From: Phoronis australis
Taxonomy: Eukaryota > Animalia > Phoronida
Direction of reading: 5' to 3'
Assembly (NCBI GenBank): GCA_002633005.1
Contig: NMRA01000555.1
Span: 1-64,000 of the forward strand
DNA length: 64,000 nucleotides
The first letter of the stretch is position 1, and the number at the start of each line of letters is the position of its first letter. The notes under the pieces were generated by a model. That model worked only from the letters and a program-made list of their open reading frames with translations, had not been told where the DNA came from and made no database searches. The position numbers and the translations under genes were made by a program. Of the stretch, positions 25,907 through 39,560 are shown in pieces.

Positions 25907-28257
25907 GATGAAGTAGTTAACACAGATAGATCCATTTTAAGTTTCCCAAAATTCTGCACATGTACTTTTAAATCATGGGGTCAAACTTGTTGACATGTAA
26001 CTTAACGTCAAAATCTATATTTAGATGGTGTTTACTACTTCGGTTCTGGGGTCAAAGGCACTATAGAAATTCTAGAAATTTCTGAGAGCAAATCGTAACA
26101 GTCAATGATCTGGTTAGAAAAGATCATGGGGTTTTTATTAGTCAATCGCTAAATAAATAGATTATTATAATTTGGGCTGAATTTAACAGAATATTCAAAT
26201 GAGCTATAGTAGTCGAAACAAAAATATCTGCCACAGTGTACAGAGGAAATTGCACAACAGAGCCATTCTAAAGAGGATCTTGTCAAGGGCAAGGGTTAAC
26301 GTACAGGAAGTTAACTAAGAGCTTGTTACTTGCATCGTGGGTAGTAAAATACTGCCTATACGTGTTGCGTCACCAGGGACTGTGACCAGCAAGAGGAACC
26401 GTGGGTAGAAGATACTACCTACAAGTGTTGTGTCACGAAGAAATGTGACCAGCGAGTACACTGTCGCAGTACATTGTGTGGGTAATTCACAGATTTACCA
26501 ACAAGAGGCTCTACAGCTTGGATAGCATATAAGACATTTAATTAGTTTGGTTCATTGATTGAAGTAATCATTATGGAAGGCGCTAGCCTAGTTATTCTTC
26601 TTTATAGTTGATTACTTAATCAACAACAGGTTTCACTTGTTTAATAAGTGATGTAATGAATTAATTACTGAATTTAATCCTTCTCTCTCCAAAAAAGCAC
26701 AGTCTCAAAGCATAGGTATCAGTATTATTTTAAACAAACCCACAGTCAATTTCTGACACACTTCTTCATCAATCATTTCTTGACATGAGTCTGTGTACGG
26801 TGATTGCGATTTCTGAAACAAATTTCCTGGCCAGCAAGTATCGTCTCTTAAAATGTTATTGAACATTCTGACTTACGACCCTGAGGCTTGTAGGTCCTAA
26901 GGCTTGAATCACGTACGATTTTTAATATACCAGCAGTTGTCGACCTGTAGTACATTCGGACTTGTGAACCTTTCGGAATATCGAGAGGCACAATTGCCTA
27001 TGTGTGTACCGGCTAAATTACCGCGACTAAACGTACTGTTTCTCGTACGTACACCATACCAACAATTAACACTAGCTGGGCCAAGTTGTTAGTAAGACTC
27101 GGAATGTAATCCCCTGAGATCAGTTTACTAAGGCTGGTGCTTGCTGTTTGCGTATGGTTTAATTGTTAACATCAGGCAATTACTGGATAAACTGACCACT
27201 CTGTGTTTGAGCAATTCCATTGATCTCCCATAACACGTAATTTATCTACCTGCATATGCTGCTATTTTTTCTCATATTCTCGTTTTTGAAGCTTATTTGA
27301 ATGCAACGACTTTCAGATATACTGCCGATTGCAATAATGGAACGATTCCAGACACGCGATGAAGTTTTGTATAACAGCATTGGCATCGGGCAAACATGTA
27401 AGACCAGACTTTAAAAGCGCAAAACAAACAAGAAACGGGAAGGAGGGAGCATGAGATGGGAAGCGCGGATTACTGTATTTTGTAGATTTCACTAAAATAA
27501 CCCCCAAATTCAGGGGATTTCATCTACGGCAAAACTTCGTTAATTAGCGGTGCTGATGGCGTTTTTAAAATGCATTGCTGTATGGTTGGTCGATTTATAA
27601 ACATCCGTTGATTTTATAGAAAGCGTGGTGACGTGAAAAAAATAATACAAAAAATCAAAGTTTGTAACTTAAACTCACCATGACTTAAAGCATGCGTGCA
27701 CTGCAACATGCCTCTTGGTGCGTTAACGTCTAACTAACCATCAAAATAAAAAAAAATAAAGTCAGCTCCTGCGAATCGAATGAATAGACAGACTTATAAC
27801 AAATCTGTGAACAATTCTCAAGGCGTCATCTGATCACATGAAATATGTCTTGCCATCTAAACAGATAGGTTTCCATTCTTCACACCCAAGAAAACCGCGA
27901 CACTATGCAAGGCTCCGTAAGATGTCACTACGCATTACACTCGACGCACGTGACCCCACCGTTCGTTTTGTTAAACCCTTGCGTGTGTAAAATGCAACTC
28001 AGCCTTCCAGGTTTACAGCAGTGCCGCCGATGTTTATGAGCCTACAACACCTCAGAGTGCGTTTGAAAACGACATTAGCGCCGCAGATGAAATCACTTCA
28101 AAAACTTATTGTTTTTGTTACTAATGCCATACTTCACTGTATATCATTTACAATAATTTGAGGTCTTTGATCCTGATCACTGCTTTCCCCTCTTCTCCTT
28201 TTTCTTAGAGTGTCTTTGCTCCTTTGCAAACTCAGCCGGCGTCACGTTGTTTGTTTA

Positions 28258-29504
28258 AGGCCCTGTCACACCTTGACGATTTAGCCAGCGTATGCCGACG
28301 TATGAAAAATTTGGCAAATACGCTGGCGTACGTCGAATAAGTTATGGGTAAGTTTTGTATACGTTAACAGCACGCTGAAGCACGTTGGTATACGTCGAAG
28401 TACGTCGAGGTCGTCGAAAAATTTTGTGCATTCTCAAAATTTCTCAACGTATGTCAGCGTATGGCTATACGTCCCGTATACGCAGGCCATAAGTAATAGG
28501 TAAGTTATGCGATCGTTGACACACGTTCAAACACGTTAAGTGTAGGTTACTCATAAGTCCAAATACGTCGAGATAATGTCTAGCGTNACAACCAGGATGT
28601 GCCCTACTTCTTCATCGGTGACGATGCCTTCACCCACTGCTCCCTCTCTGTCAGTTCCGGGGCGCCGTCACCGCTCTTCTTCTTGTGGAGACGGGTGTGA
28701 ATGTCTCGGAGGGACTTGAACCACCCTTGAAGGTGCTCGACAGTCTTCCCCATGGCCTTGGCTTGATCTTCCCAGACCTTTGCCTTCTTGTCCACCCTCC
28801 GGTAGTCAGTCTTCTTGATGTCCCAGAGGATGGCGTTCTCACGAAGGAAATCAAACATGAACTGCTCCTCTTGGACATCGAGACAAAACTGTGTCTTCTT
28901 GGCCCTCCTCTTCTTGGCAAGGGTTGGGTGAGAGGAGGTGGAGGCCTAGGACGCAGCTACCGACGCCACTGACGATGCCCGAGAGGCGTTAGAACAAGCA
29001 TCATCTCCATCAGAGAGTGAGCGTGAGGGTGAGGGTGTAGGTGATGATGGCACCTCCTTCTGTTCACGTCCACACCCCCGGCCACGGCCAGGAGATTTCT
29101 TGGCAGCGTTCCTCGCACTTTTCTTTGGCATGACGCTGATGTTGGTACTGCAATGTCTAGTGCAGTTATGATTTGAAACGTCGAGCGGCAGCCTTTTTAT
29201 AGACTACGACACGTGATCGTCGGCAATACGCTGCAGCACGCTATGCATAAGTTAGACTATCGTTGGGCATAAGTTGTGTACGCCGGCAACACGCTAGGCA
29301 TTCGTTAGAATAAGTTATCTATAAGTTATCGAAACGTTCTATATAATTTACTGATACGTTATGTATACGTCCAACTCGTTATGAATACGCTATGTATACG
29401 CCCAAAATTGAAAAAAAAACGATAATTCAGCGTATGCCAGCGTTTTAGGGAAATTCTGATATGTCGGCATACGCTGGCTAAATCGTCAAGGTGTGACAGG
29501 GCCT
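28258..29504 (-). mobile_element. PIF/Harbinger transposon, deletion derivative
   Basis: ~45-bp TIR AGGCCCTGTCACACCTTGACGATTTAGCCAGCGTATGCCGAC, TTA TSD on both sides, and an internal MADF-like ORF. Single N at 28587. Confidence 0.85.
28604..29131 (-). pseudogene. MADF/Myb-SANT-like Harbinger accessory protein (disrupted)
   Basis: FDFLRENAILWDIKKTDYRR..KKAKVWE...LQGWFKSLRD; upstream MPKKSARNAAKK segment ends in a stop. Confidence 0.75.
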
Positions 29505-30199
29505 TTACCAACTGATCTACCCGTACAGCCATCGTCTAAAAATGTGAGAAGTATTATTCTGGTCACCCAGATCTCTTACCTTCTTTTTTCAGATATTTTG
29601 TCTTCTTTTGTAACTCTTGTACACGACACTATATATGGGTTTGGAGGGCATGTTAAATCAAATAAGTATGACGGGTAGTACTTTTAATCGCAGCTAAACC
29701 CACTGTCGTCAGCATCTTACATCGACGAAGATTGAAGATGTTAAATTACAGTGATTTATAATTTACGATCAATCGTGGCCTTGAGTTTATGAAAAGACAC
29801 CGCATTTTAAAAAGTACAGCTGTTTCGAAGAATGCATCGAAATATTGGAGTCCCTAACGACATGGAAGATGGCATGATGAAGCGAGCATTTTTAATAATC
29901 GCAATGGATGGATATGCAAGCACGCCACACTTTAAGAGCTTTAATTCAACCATCGAAGCCGACTGATATGACATGCGACGAATGCTTGGCTGTACAGTAT
30001 TAAGCGGACACTGCGCTCCACTGCCAGGTGAAAATGTTTAGACATGCGATTTCGTGATGGGTCACAAGAAGCCTGGGGAAGCTACACCACAGTCTGTTAC
30101 GACACTAAGGCAGATAAGTGAAGGGTGTAGTTTAGCGGACCTTGATGAAGCTTCCGTGACGGCTTGTGTTGGGGTGCCGGGATGACGCCATTAAACGCA

Positions 30200-30830
30200 A
30201 ACTGTTGACTACGATACTTGGGATCGTCTAAAGCACGTGTTTTCACAAACTAAGTTCGCGGAAGGATCATGTGAAAATCTGTATGGATATGGTCAAACAT
30301 AAGTCCTGTGGTTAGTAGGGGAATTCCCGGCAGACATGAGTTGTGAGCAAACTGGGAAAACTTAAAGAGGCACATTTGCTGTCTTCGTAGGGAAATATCA
30401 GCTCTTGCTGTAATGAAAAACCTCAGTGGCGCGCCAGTTGGACTTAAAATGCGAATTCCACCAAACACAGTTCTGCGAGACGTGCAGAGTTATCACTACT
30501 TTCATCTGTGACAGGGATATTTTTGGAGCAAAAGGTTGAACTTTTGGATTTGTTTGGCTCCCGAAAGGTACCAAAAGATCATCTAGGATGTACCCCAGAG
30601 TTGCACGGAGTGTGAAATTTTATTATCGTTCACGGAAAAACTGTTGCAAAACATGACAGTAACTTTGTTGGAGTATTAAATAGACTGCGTGGTTCTGGTA
30701 TCGTATTCAATCCAAAGATATATGCTTTTAGTTTGCCAAAATCTCACGTGAGAAAATCATCAATCAGTATATCCGGTAATAAAACCGACGCAATCATGGT
30801 TTCACCTAAGCGTTACGGCCGTGCACATGA
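30200..30830 (+). mobile_element. Highly decayed Ty3/Gypsy reverse transcriptase remnant
   Basis: ITTFI...FG...PERYQKII...IIVHG...KHDSNFVGVLNRLRGSGIVFNPK across frameshifts. Confidence 0.6.
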
Positions 30831-30903
30831 CATGGCTTTCCTATGGACAAGGAATTTAAATTAAAAGTACATCTGTATATGATTTCATGGAAGGTCAATT
30901 ATT

Positions 30904-32268
30904 AATAAAAACAATGACGGTTTTAAAGCGACTTGACATTTTTCGGTGTCATTCATTCAAACACCGTCATCAGACGAGAGAATATAGTGGCCACCTAGCT
31001 ATACACAGCAAACCCTTTTTGTATTTTATGGGGAGGTTTTTAACCAAATTGATGGTATAGCAATGGGTTCACCTTTGGCTCCCATATTAGCCTGCTTGTT
31101 CTTAGGTCACCATCAGAAAACACGGATTGAGACGTACATGTACACTGGTCCTCATGTCTAGTTCTATCGACGACATGTAGATGATGTGTTTTGTATATTT
31201 AAAATCAGCAGTCAGCCCCGGAATTTTCGGTGTATTTAAATTCGAGGCATCGTAACTTGAAATTCAGTAAAGAATTAGAGGTCGACAACATTTTGCTATT
31301 TCTGGACGTGTTAGTGGAGCGTGAGGGTACCTCAGTGGTAACGTCAGTATTTCATAACAAAATCTACAGGACTGTACACTTGTTTTTATAGCTTCACATC
31401 CTTTGTTTATAAAGTAGGTCTCATTAAAACTCTAATAGACAGGGAATATCGCATTAATAACACTTGGGCTAGATTTTTGATTCTAATATTAAAGTTCTTA
31501 CAACGAATTTGCAAAAGAATGGCTATCCCATAGAATTAGTCGATAGGGTACTGAGAGCAAGACTCCAACGTAACACTGATGACATTCATCCTGTTGACAA
31601 AACTAACTACAAGTACTTTAAAGTACCCTATGTTGGGTTTTACGCCAACATTGGTCAACGAAAACTCAATAAATTGGTGAATGATTAAGGTTAACTTAAC
31701 AGATGTACTGTATTAACATTCAAGTCTCTAAAACTATCGAATTTATTTAACCCTAAGGACAAACTTTCTATAGGTCTACGGTCCAGGGTAGTGTACAAAT
31801 TTATCTCAGCTGGATATGGCTCCAGTTATATAGGCGAAACTGTTCGCCATTTAAAAACTAGCACCAGGGAACATCTAAATTCTGACAGAGGTTCACAGGT
31901 GAATATTCATCTGCGGAGATCCAATCATTGTTATCAGCAATGCTCTTTCAATGACTTTGCAATAATAGACCAAGCAGAAACAACAAAAGAGCTTAAAATT
32001 CGTGGGGGTCTACACATCAGTTGGTGCAAGCCCAATCTCAATAGGTAACTGGCACACCACAGGTTGTCATTGTTGGTTTAGTTTATTGTCACTCCCTGTA
32101 ACTGACCGTGTCTGTATTTCATCACTTGTTGCTGGCCGTGCCTAGCTAGGTGGCCACTGTATTCTCTCTTCTGATGATGGTGTTTGAATAAACGACACCG
32201 AAACATGTCAAATCGATTTAAAACAGTAGTTGTTCTTATTAATATATGCTGCTACTTGCTATCATAGA
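30904..32268 (+). mobile_element. 5'-truncated Penelope-like element with an inverted 5' pseudo-LTR
   Basis: QIDGIAMGSPLAPILA, RRHVDDVFCIF, and GIY-YIG VVYKF...SYIGETVRHL. 30900-31001 is the reverse complement of 32142-32243. 14-bp TSD GAAGGTCAATTATT at 30890-30903 and 32269-32282. Confidence 0.9.
32165..32212 (+). ncRNA. Minimal hammerhead ribozyme-like motif in the Penelope 3' repeat
   Basis: CTGATGA, stem GGTGT..ACACC, GAAAC, palindromic ACATGT ending in GTC. Inverted copy at ~30933-30980. Confidence 0.6.
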
Positions 32269-32420
32269 GAAGGTCAATTATTTATTTTACAAGATATTTT
32301 TGAGAAATATATCTTTTACTTTAACCATAGAGCAGCAGACACGACCTCTTAATCAATTTGCAACGTTGCACAACAATATGATATTAATAAAGTATTCTTA
32401 TGCTAGGTGCATTGTCTCAC

Positions 32421-32885
32421 CTGTTGCGGGTTTTGCAGATGAGGGATATACACTGGTTTCATTTTCTTTGTCTACGGTAGTAGAGTCAGTGGTTGGTGGC
32501 GGCGTAGTTGTTGACGCTGTAGTTGATGCCATGGTTGAGGTCGTTTTTGGGATAGTGGTTGCCTTCGTTGTTGTGGTCGTGGCTGTCGTCGTAGTTGGGA
32601 TTGTGGTTAGAGCCGTCGTTGACGTCGTAGTTGGAATTGTGGTTGGGATTGTGGTTGGAATTGTGGTTGAGGTCGTGGTTGACGTCGTATTTGGGATTGT
32701 GGTTGGAATTGTGGTTGGTATTGTGGTTGGTATTGTGGTTGGGATTGTGGTTGGGATTGTGGTTGGAATTGTGGTTGGGATAGTGGTTGACGTCGTAGTT
32801 GAAGTCGTGGCTGGGGCTGTGGTTGGCGGAACAGTTGTAGTCGTGGTCGTGGTCGTGGTGGTGGTCGTGGTCGTAATCGTGGTTG
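32421..32885 (-). CDS. Thr/Pro-rich mucin-like stalk exon (phase 1-1, 465 bp)
   Basis: Acceptor ttccag| at 32887-32886 and donor ACAG|gtgag at 32420. Open frame with 12-bp TTIP repeats. Confidence 0.8.
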
Positions 32886-34030
32886 CTGGAATTGCATAAA
32901 ACAATGCTTCAATGACTAAGTTGTGAGTCGCGAAGAAAAAACTCTGACTCAGATATAAAAATTAACTTGAACTTTCTTTTTTAATCACAACGTTAATTTT
33001 TGCCAAAGATCAGGTGTTTTGGAACAAGTTGTTTTGGAACAGAATTATAAGAACCACATAAGGCTCTCTAATGCAGTTCTATAAAAATCGTAACTACTTA
33101 GTGCACATGACGCAACACCTAAATAGATAAGGTTTAACATCGATTCACATCTTTCAGACATGAAAAATTAAAAGGAAACTGTTCATACCAACGAAACCCG
33201 AAGAAAGATATTGCTAACGCGCTTTGCATTGCTGCCAAAATTACAGGAATGGTACCACCCTAAGACAGTGGAAAATATGGCCAAACAAAATAACCTCTCC
33301 AAAACGTATTGTACAAGAATGAAACAGTGGAAGATACGTCGATTAATGTGAATTTTTTCACAACCATGTTATAAAAGGAAGATGTACAAACTAAGGTGAC
33401 GGACGTTTTATGACAAGATTCATATACGCGGTTGTTGAGCAGAACTAGTGAATTTGTTTTCGATAGTGTATTGGTAAAACACCTCAGCTTTCAGCAGTAC
33501 AAAATAAAAAAGTAATTTCAAAATATTACGGTTGCACAGTGAATCCTTGGAATTTTTCAGGCTAAAAGGTTGCATTAAGAGCAGTGCTGAATGCGATATG
33601 CTTATAACAACTGGAAAATAGAAAATATATCTCACGACGTGAGATTCTACATAACCAAGAATGGTATAAATTTTAACATATTTTCATTCCAAAATTAAAA
33701 TCTTAATTGGGCAAAAGCAGAATTTACAACTTATTAAGTTTCAAAGCTTAAAAATAACAGCCGTTTGTGTTTAGGCCCATGCGACCATACCTGAAACATA
33801 ATCTAATGCATAAGAGTCATATCAGTAGAAAACCCTTCACCAGTTCTTGATAGTGTCCGATTATAGAGGAAGAAAACGACAAATGATTTAATTAATAAAT
33901 TCATAATAACAGGGTGTAATAATAACATGAAAAGGAAATGAATCAGAGAGGTCATGTAAATGACCAATTAAACAAGCGGGTAAATAATTATAATGATTCA
34001 AAATATTTCTACCCTAGCAAAACTAAGATT
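32886..34030. repeat. Duplicated intron segment (paralog of 1835-3070)
   Basis: Colinear similarity. Confidence 0.9.
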
Positions 34031-34104
34031 TTAGAAAATGGCTCCTTCACAGTTGTTGTGAAGAATCGAGTCAGGCATTTACCAAAAAATTATGCATCTC
34101 TATA

Positions 34105-34215
34105 CATATATATATGTGTGTGTGTGTGCGTGCATGTGTGTGTGTGTGTGTGTTTGCGTGTGTGTACGTGTGTCTGAGCGTGCATGCGTGTATGCGTGCC
34201 TGTGTATGTGCAGTG
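34105..34215. repeat. Compound (TA)n/(TG)n microsatellite
   Basis: tatatatatgtgtgtgtg... run. Confidence 0.9.
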
Positions 34216-34249
34216 CTGTGCATCAAATTGCACAGATCCCTTAAATAAT

Positions 34250-35700
34250 GATGAGTCCTTCAAACTAGGTTTTTCATACATAATTAGAAGCGACTCTAAT
34301 GTTCATAACCTGTTTATATCTTTCCCATTGTAGTGAATGACTATATTGTCAACATTCTCCTGACGAGTTATCTTGCAACCATGAACGTTTTGAAAGTGGT
34401 CTTTTAGAGAGCCATTTTGCAAATGTATTGAAATTCGTGGCGACAAGGAGCAGTCTGTGTGCCCAATGTACTTTTTTTCTCAGTCAAGAGGACGGAAACG
34501 TTCGAGCGCGGGGCAAGTGAACTCATAAACAATATTTCATCTAGCAACAGTGTGGACTCTCTGACGACTAATATTATTTTTCATCACTGAATTAGAAGTC
34601 TTCATCTTTTTGTAATAAATAATAACAGCTAGATTAAAAACTCTTCGATATTATGCTCTTTAGAATTTGATCATCTTGTACATAATTTTGGGACATAGTT
34701 TTTGTTGTATAGTCTTTTAACATTACCAGTAAATGTTTGTACATGATAATGGTGTTCAATTTTTGAGACAAACGGAGTAATGTGCTTATCCATGAATGAA
34801 TTTGTGTAACCATTATTTATTAGTAGTTTCTTTACATGCTGAGCTTCCCTAATAAACAGGTTTCAGTTCGACGATACAATGCGAGCCCTCTTTAAGAGAT
34901 TGACTAAAAAACTCAGGACAGTCACTGTAAGCATGTAGACAAATTCCTTTGTCCGTAGGCTCGTGATATACTCATGTGTTCAATCTTGTGTCTGGGCTAC
35001 ATAGAAGAAAATCTAGAAAAGGTATCTTATCATTCAGAGATGTTTCATGAGTGAATTTTAGCACTGAATGGTTCTTAAGCATAGTCTTAAGCTATAACAT
35101 TTCATCAAAATTACAATAGATGAAAATATCAACATTCCGAACATATATACGAATGTGGTCTATGCTGCATGAAACACTCCCTATTAGGAGCTCAACTAAG
35201 TTCCCTAAATGTTTTGCATATTTGTTTCGTTCATAACTCACACCTGTAATATTTTACTATCATTTTACCTTTGTTACAAGCTCCTCTTTAACTAATGACA
35301 TTTTCTAACAATATAACTAAAAACTGGACCCTTAATTCAAGCAAAGCAATCGGGGATTTAGGTCTTAAATTAGGGGTGTTGCACGAAAAGATCCCTACTT
35401 ATTTTCTATAATACTGCGAAATCGACGTATATTGCAGAGTTCACTCTCGATTTGCATCAACGCCAATAATCGGCCTAGTAATAATACTCAAAGAGCACAA
35501 GAAAAGACAATCAGAGTTTTCACAAGCCCTCGAATACACAGTAGATTTAGGAAACTTGCAACAGGGCACTGGATCCCTGGCAGGAGCAGTACAACACGAC
35601 ATATTGAAATAAATATGTGGCGTTTAGGTTCCATGGAAATGATTCCTGTGCGTGCTAAGAGTTGCCGCGGTGCGTGATAACTCTTTGTGGATACTTGGGA
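34250..35700 (-). mobile_element. Old Penelope-like element remnant
   Basis: The minus strand gives TLESLLIMYEKPSL (GIY-YIG C-terminus) and IRGLVK...TRPII (RT N-terminal motif), with many stops. Confidence 0.55.
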
Positions 35701-35832
35701 TTCCTCTTCCGTGGTCACCCACGGGAACCTGGTCGCATGGAGATCGATATAGGTTAGCATATCCATTGTTCTCATTGAAGAAGACAAGAAAATAAGATTA
35801 ATGGTCACCAGATTTACAGTTTGGAGAGAAAT

Positions 35833-36423
35833 NNNNNNNNNNNNNNNNNNNNNNNNNNNNNNNNNNNNNNNNNNNNNNNNNNNNNNNNNNNNNNNNNNNN
35901 NNNNNNNNNNNNNNNNNNNNNNNNNNNNNNNNNNNNNNNNNNNNNNNNNNNNNNNNNNNNNNNNNNNNNNNNNNNNNNNNNNNNNNNNNNNNNNNNNNNN
36001 NNNNNNNNNNNNNNNNNNNNNNNNNNNNNNNNNNNNNNNNNNNNNNNNNNNNNNNNNNNNNNNNNNNNNNNNNNNNNNNNNNNNNNNNNNNNNNNNNNNN
36101 NNNNNNNNNNNNNNNNNNNNNNNNNNNNNNNNNNNNNNNNNNNNNNNNNNNNNNNNNNNNNNNNNNNNNNNNNNNNNNNNNNNNNNNNNNNNNNNNNNNN
36201 NNNNNNNNNNNNNNNNNNNNNNNNNNNNNNNNNNNNNNNNNNNNNNNNNNNNNNNNNNNNNNNNNNNNNNNNNNNNNNNNNNNNNNNNNNNNNNNNNNNN
36301 NNNNNNNNNNNNNNNNNNNNNNNNNNNNNNNNNNNNNNNNNNNNNNNNNNNNNNNNNNNNNNNNNNNNNNNNNNNNNNNNNNNNNNNNNNNNNNNNNNNN
36401 NNNNNNNNNNNNNNNNNNNNNNN
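35833..36423. other. Assembly gap (N run)
   Basis: Run of N. Confidence 0.99.
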
Positions 36424-36479
36424 GTGAAATTTTGTGGTACCCCGGGTAGGGAGGGCGGGAGAGGTATAAACTTGTCTAA

Positions 36480-36862
36480 TTAGGAAAACTTACGAGTGAA
36501 TGTACTGTTGCTTGAGGCTGGGCCAACAGGAAGCTGGAGAGAAAGAACAAAAAGCGCAACCATCGGACTTGGTAGGAACTAACCAGCAGTTGGATATGAA
36601 GCATGAAGGGCTCTATAATGGTATTTGCCCAAATAATAGGATTTATGTCAGAGTGCCATAAATCTCATTATGTGAAGATTGCGTCGAGTAGACAGTTTGG
36701 GCCACTTGAGACTATTCAAAACCTGATCACTATTGGAATCCCTGTAAGCTCCCGTTATGGGTAAGGCAGCTTGATACTGTAACTTTATCAAATGTTGGAG
36801 TGCACCTGTATTGGAAGACTGATATATAATATCACAATAATCGATGTGTGGAAGTATAAAGA
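36480..36862 (-). mobile_element. CR1-group LINE fragment (inverted relative of 38610-38830)
   Basis: FILPHIDYCDIIY...LKWPKLSTRR; shares ttatacttccacacat.gattattgtgat with 38610-38640. Confidence 0.75.
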
Positions 36863-37341
36863 ACCACAAGAACACGAACCAGTACTATTACGACACCGCC
36901 AAGGCGGCGATCTGTAGAGCGACACGAGGAGGACCGGTGTCTCGCGAGAGAACCCGACGAGAGTACGGTACCCGAGGGGTCAAGATCAACCGCATCGCAG
37001 AGAAGACGTTGAGTCAGAAGGAGCAGGTCACCCTCAGTCGACTGCGTAGCAGCCACCACGCGGAGTTGTTATATTGACTTGCCAAACTCGGCCGAGCGGG
37101 GGACACGGTGTGCAGAAAATGCGGTCTGCTTGACGAAACAGCTGAACACGTTATGCATGAATGCCAGAGGGTGCACATCACCCCCATCAACTCCAACCCC
37201 TGTTGACACCCTCTTCAAAGATCCCCACCTTACGCTTAAATTATGGGAGGAATGGACTTCAACTCCGGATCTGGAGACCGTCTCCCAACCCACTCCCAAG
37301 TATCTCGTTGCTCAAACAACAACAACAACAAAAACAACAAC
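36863..37341 (+). mobile_element. 3' fragment of an I/R1-group non-LTR retrotransposon with a (CAA)n tail
   Basis: EQVTLSRLRSSHH...CRKCGLLDETAEHVMHEC zinc knuckle; ends in caacaacaacaac. Confidence 0.7.
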
Positions 37342-39560
37342 AGATTCAAGGAGCATTCACGCCTGGTAGAGACTTTAGTTAATTAAACCAAAGTTGATCA
37401 CCTCCAAAAGGTTTTTTCACAAATTAACAGTGTAAGCAAGAACTTCAAAGAATACTGGAATCTTATCATTAAAATTCTCGGCAGTCAGCAACAATCCTCT
37501 TGCCCAGTCATCAACCACAATGGTAACCTAGCCTCAAGTAGCAGTCACAAGTGTGGCCTATTTCTCAAAATTTTCACGAACAAAAGCCAAAATACCCCAA
37601 ATGATGTGGGTAATTATCCATTTCTTCATGCACGTTGTCCCAATCAACTATTTGATATCCTGATAACATATTTAACAAACTTTTTCAGCTAGGTATATAT
37701 CCGTCTCCTTGGAAACATAGAATTATGGTTCCTAGACACAAAAATGACTCCAAAACTGAAATTTTTAATCATCGCCCAATATATTTACTTAACATCCTAT
37801 CCAAAATCTTCGAGAAGACCATTGCTCAAAATATTCTTATATTTCTCAAACAAAACAACATCGTCAATTTTGATTATTGCCTGGAAAGTACATCGTGGCA
37901 CAACATATTGAAATATTTTATGAGATTCATTTACATTTTGAGAAGGGCGAGAGTGTCAGGTCCATCTTTCTAGATATAGCCTATGCTTTCGACTGTGTCC
38001 CTCATGACTTTCTACTCCACAAACTTCAATCTTTTGAAAGTACTGGGAATCTTATAAATATATGTATGATCACCTCATATCTCTCTGATCGTACATACAG
38101 TGTTCGTGTCGACGGTGCTCTTTCAACACCCTCTCCTGACTTTGTAAACGCAGGTGTACAGCAGGGTAGCGTAGTAGGCCTTCTTCTCTTCTTGGTATAT
38201 ATTAATGACATTCCTGATAACTGTCATGTAGCACATACCTTTATGCAGATGACACGGCAAGTTTTAACCCCTTTTCAGAGAGCAGCCCTGAGAGTTTTTA
38301 TAGCTACAACACGACTTGAATAAGCTATTGGTCCCAAGATTGGAGAATAATTTTAACCCAGAAAAAGCATTGACCGCACTTTTTACAAATCTAATAATTC
38401 TCTCTTCTTTGTGGACCCATTCTATTACCTTAAACGTAATGATGAAATAATTCCTAGAAAACAGTCGGACAGTTTGGTATACTGTTAGATGAAAAACATT
38501 CGTTGACACCTAATGTTCTGGAGTTCGTACAGAAATTCAGAAATTAATTAACTTAAGCTTGTCTATCATTATCGGTATTCTACGCATTTAGAAGCCCTGT
38601 TCAAAAACTTTATACTTCCACACATAGATTATTGTGATATTATATATCAACACTGGTGCAATCCTGCATTTAGAAAAAGTAGAGTATGAAGTTGCCTTAC
38701 TCGACTGGAGCTTACAGAGGATTCAATGGTGTTAAGGTTTTTTAAAACCTCAACTATTTAAAAATAGTCTCAAGTGGCCCAAACTGTCTACTCGAAAAAA
38801 TCTTCACGTGACTACATTTACTTTCAAAGTACTTAACAATTTCAGCAATGCCTCTGTCAAAAATTATTTGGTCTATGTACTAAACAAAGTCATGGCACTG
38901 GTTTGAGGTCTTCCGCCCCATGTGCAAGCCCTCCGTCGTTAGTTAGGCATTCAGAAGGATAACATTTAGGATATACATCAACAACTGAAATTCTCTTCCA
39001 GTGTCTGTACAGGAAAGCAAATCTTTTACGAGTATAAAAAAATTAGAACTGATTTTTCATAATTTTGACAATTCAATAGCCCTGGCACAATTCTCGCTTT
39101 CCCGTGACAACGAAATAACAATGTACCGATCGTGATGCGGTCTTTTACTCAACTCCGACAAGTTTAGGCACAACTTTAGTAATGCCTCTTCAAACTGTAA
39201 TTGTCCCGACCATCAATCTTAACCTCACGTTTTCTTTAAATTGACTCTCGTCGAATACCCGATAAAGTTACTCTTTCGTGCACTCAATAAAAACCAATTA
39301 ATTGCTAATACTTTCAATTCCTGTAATATCTCTACTAAAGTTACATTATTATTAAATGATAGTCCAAATTTCGACATTTTTTCTCAATGAATTCCTCTTA
39401 AGCAATGTTGGTAAATTTCAATGCATCACTTATAAATCTTGTTGCATCTGATATCTATATGTCTAGGCGCTTTTGTTTTCAATACGGTCGTCGTAGCGTA
39501 TCTAGATATTTGAGAACTTAAGTTAAATACTACTTACAGGAAGATAGTTCTATGCTTACT
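37342..39560 (+). mobile_element. Degenerate CR1-group LINE
   Basis: NHRPIYLLNILSKIFEK, IFLDIAYAFDCVPH, AGVQQGSVVG..FLVYINDIP and YADDT motifs. Confidence 0.8.

Larger units (their letters stand above)
28160..29620 (-). pseudogene. Decayed paralog of the Lys-rich tail exon, split by a Harbinger insertion
   Basis: 29505-29620 gives VTKEDK / DLGDQ / LDDGCTG and 28160-28257 gives EFAKEQRHSKKKEKR. These match VTKEGK..DQ..LDDGFTG..EIVKEQKRSKKKEKK in ORF 5750..8092. Confidence 0.7.

Noticed and set aside
26338-26460. Two ~63-bp tandem copies
   Set aside because: Only two diverged units with no supporting ORF or structure.
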